NCBI RefSeq assembly: GCF_964355755.1
Contig: NC_092673.1
Span: forward strand, 13,798,948-13,862,947
Origin: Antedon mediterranea
Lineage: Eukaryota > Animalia > Echinodermata
DNA length: 64,000 bases
Reading direction: 5' to 3'
The notes below the pieces were generated by a model that did not search any database, had not been told where the DNA came from, and saw only the letters and a program-made list of their open reading frames with translations. A program made the translations under genes and the position numbers. Below are positions 61,431 through 64,000 of this stretch, one piece after another. Each line of letters begins with the position of its first letter. Within the stretch, counting starts at the first letter, position 1.

Positions 61431-64000
61431 TACCATTGCTTCTTATTTTTTCCAAGTTGCACTAGCTAGGCATAGTCTCAAGCACGCGTTACATAGGCCT
61501 AATATAACATAGTTAAATTTAAATTTAAACAAACTAATATTATGGATGTTGATACTTGAAATAACGTATTTATACATTACAGAAAGAAAATACTGCAACT
61601 TTTCCTACGAAGTAGCTTTGTAGATAGAACGTAGGCTCCGTTGTTGGCTTCGTAGATTACATTTGTTGGCTTCGTAACCTCAATAAACAACTTTCAATGA
61701 GCTATGTTCTGAACTTCGTAGGTAGTTAGTAACCTTAATAAACAACCTTTAGTGAACAAGGTGTGAAAATTAATTTTGACTGGCGGAGGACCAAGTTGTA
61801 AATTAATAAGAAATATATAATATTTTATAATCGTAATCATTTCCTTCGTGCTCAATGTCGAATATAAATATAAATTTCCCACGATGTAAACGTAGAGACA
61901 CAATCCAACAAAATAAACTAGGCCAACTAATATAGCGAACGTCCAGATCATAAAAAATTCATTGTAAATATAGTATCAAAAAGGCTGCCGACAGAAGACC
62001 GTAATTAATACAGACCTAGTTTTTTTGGTCACATGGCCTGAAACGCGACACTCTCTGTTTTACCGTAACCTCTCGGTACGAGGGGTGGCTACAAAACAGT
62101 AATTAAGATCATGTACCTGGATTTTGTGTCACATGATCCACTCTTAGCTGCTCTAAACTATTCCCACGATTTACACGTTTTTTCATGTTTTATAATTCAC
62201 TAAGCCGATGTAGGATTAAATCATTTATATTAGGTATCCCAATGAAGCGGATTTTCGTTATGGCAATTTTAACACGTTCGTGAAATTTCAAAAAGTGACA
62301 TGTCTTTGAAGTTAAAAATATACTATTTCTTATGTAGCCATGTGAATAAAATTTATATGTCTAGAAAGATCTTGTTTAAGATTTTATTTATATATATTTT
62401 TAATCTATGTTTATTAAATATTTTAATAGAAAATGCAAGTTAAAAAGCCGGCGAGCCGAAATCCGCAGGCTAAAAATAACTTCGGAAAACACCTACCCAT
62501 TTTCAAAACACGATCGCTCGGCGACCATAATAGGTGGTGGAGTAATTTTTGTTGCATGTTATCAGGCTTTCAATACTCTTTATTTTGATATGTAAATCGG
62601 TTATTATTATTATGTACATCCGCCTCAAATGTCAATTTTTCCGATAAAAATTAAATTTTTTAGTCTTTCTCATTATCAAAATCTGGGGAATTTAGTATTG
62701 AATTGAAGCTAATTTATATTTCTGTTTGATAAACTACATTGTTTTATTTGTCTTTGCGTGGTCGTCGTGCGAAGAGGCCAACAAGACCAACCACTTAAGA
62801 AAATAATCCCTATCGAAAATAAAAGTATTTACCATTTTCCTTGCAGGGAGATTCAGTTCTCAGCTTATTACTAAATTACCGTCGCCCAGGAAATTTGCAT
62901 GGTATTGGTATGCATGTATTAGCGCGTTAAATTATGATTGGATACCCCCACAGTGGACTGTTCCATTTTCGGAACTAGTCTTTCCTGCACACGAGGCATG
63001 GCGAAGAATGTCGCTTCTCATAGAATATTTGCTTCGAAACTTCAATTTTACCGATTTATTCAAGTATTTAATAAGTGGAGTATTTATCAAGCTACTATAT
63101 AAAGCAAGTACGTTTGGAATAAATGTACCGAAGGAATTTAAGAAGCTTTAAATTTGCTATGCAGCGGCCGTAACCCATTATATGTAGGCGACCGAAAGGC
63201 GCTTTTGACAGGGTTGCCGTTATATGTATACGCTGTATCTTGGCCTAATCGTGATTTCGTATTTCAATTTAAAGTGCACCTTAAGGTTAGAATATTTGAA
63301 AAGGAAATAAAATTAAACATATTAATATATACTATTGAAGTAATTACTTTCCTCCCGATATTTCTTCGGCAGAATTTAGTGGTGTTAGGCTTTAGGCCTA
63401 GGCCTATATAAACTTAACTTGTAGGAGGCGCGGCCGAGTTTACGCCCGGAATGGAATCGAATGCATAATAAGCACGGGCTTAATTCTAATTTTGAGCGGT
63501 TTGAAAATCAATTAAAATAATATTTATGATTATAATTAAAAATTTAAATTCTAGAATTATAAAAAAATGTATACTTACGAAAAATAATAACCAAGAACCA
63601 ATAGCCACACAGTTTTTTACCACAATATATATTTTTTTACATTTTAACATTTTTTAACAATATTTATGTTGTATTTCAGAAATACCTACCTGTCAATATA
63701 AATAATCTCACTAAAATACACATTACATTCTATGCAATGCAAAAAAAAAAGAAGTCAATTCATACACTGGTTCAAAAGTTACAAATCATTTAAAGACGGG
63801 AACTTTTTGAGCATTTTTGAGACATTTGGAAAAAATTAGCGCAAAAAGCCCTAAGACCAATTTTGGAGGGCGATATTTCCAAAAGAAAATTCGAGGACCT
63901 CCCCAAAAAAAATAGTCTTGTACAACTCTGTGGTATCTATGGGTTTAGCAAAAATTAGAACTTTCAAGTTATTAATATAAAAGTTATAACCCTTCAAAAA

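Noticed and set aside
61600-64000. Probable further non-autonomous DNA element(s) at the window end
   Set aside because: No paired termini or coding motif could be established within the window.

Overview
AT-rich eukaryotic (invertebrate animal-like) DNA with spliceosomal introns and no intact protein-coding gene that I can support. The frequent AGGCCTAGGCCT-type motifs suggest an echinoderm host, but this is a weak inference. There are two zones. (1) Bases 1-27.5 kb are a mosaic of decayed genes: five divergent BEN-domain remnants, all on the + strand, including a near-intact multi-exon Tudor-like + 14-aa acidic repeat + coiled-coil + BEN pseudogene. They are mixed with HMGXB3/KDZ-like, Crypton-like, putative tyrosine-recombinase, OB-fold, PHD and Zator-like fragments and an adhesion-GPCR 7TM pseudogene. 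The zone ends in an 89-bp double-hairpin tandem array. (2) Bases 27.5-64 kb are a nested transposon graveyard: pogo/Tigger>MULE, DIRS>Helitron, Sola2-like>Academ>EnSpm-like>Harbinger MITE/LINE tail, plus L2/CR1/RTE fragments, MITEs and 20-24 bp TIR-only footprints. All family calls come from motif recognition by eye; no database search was run.
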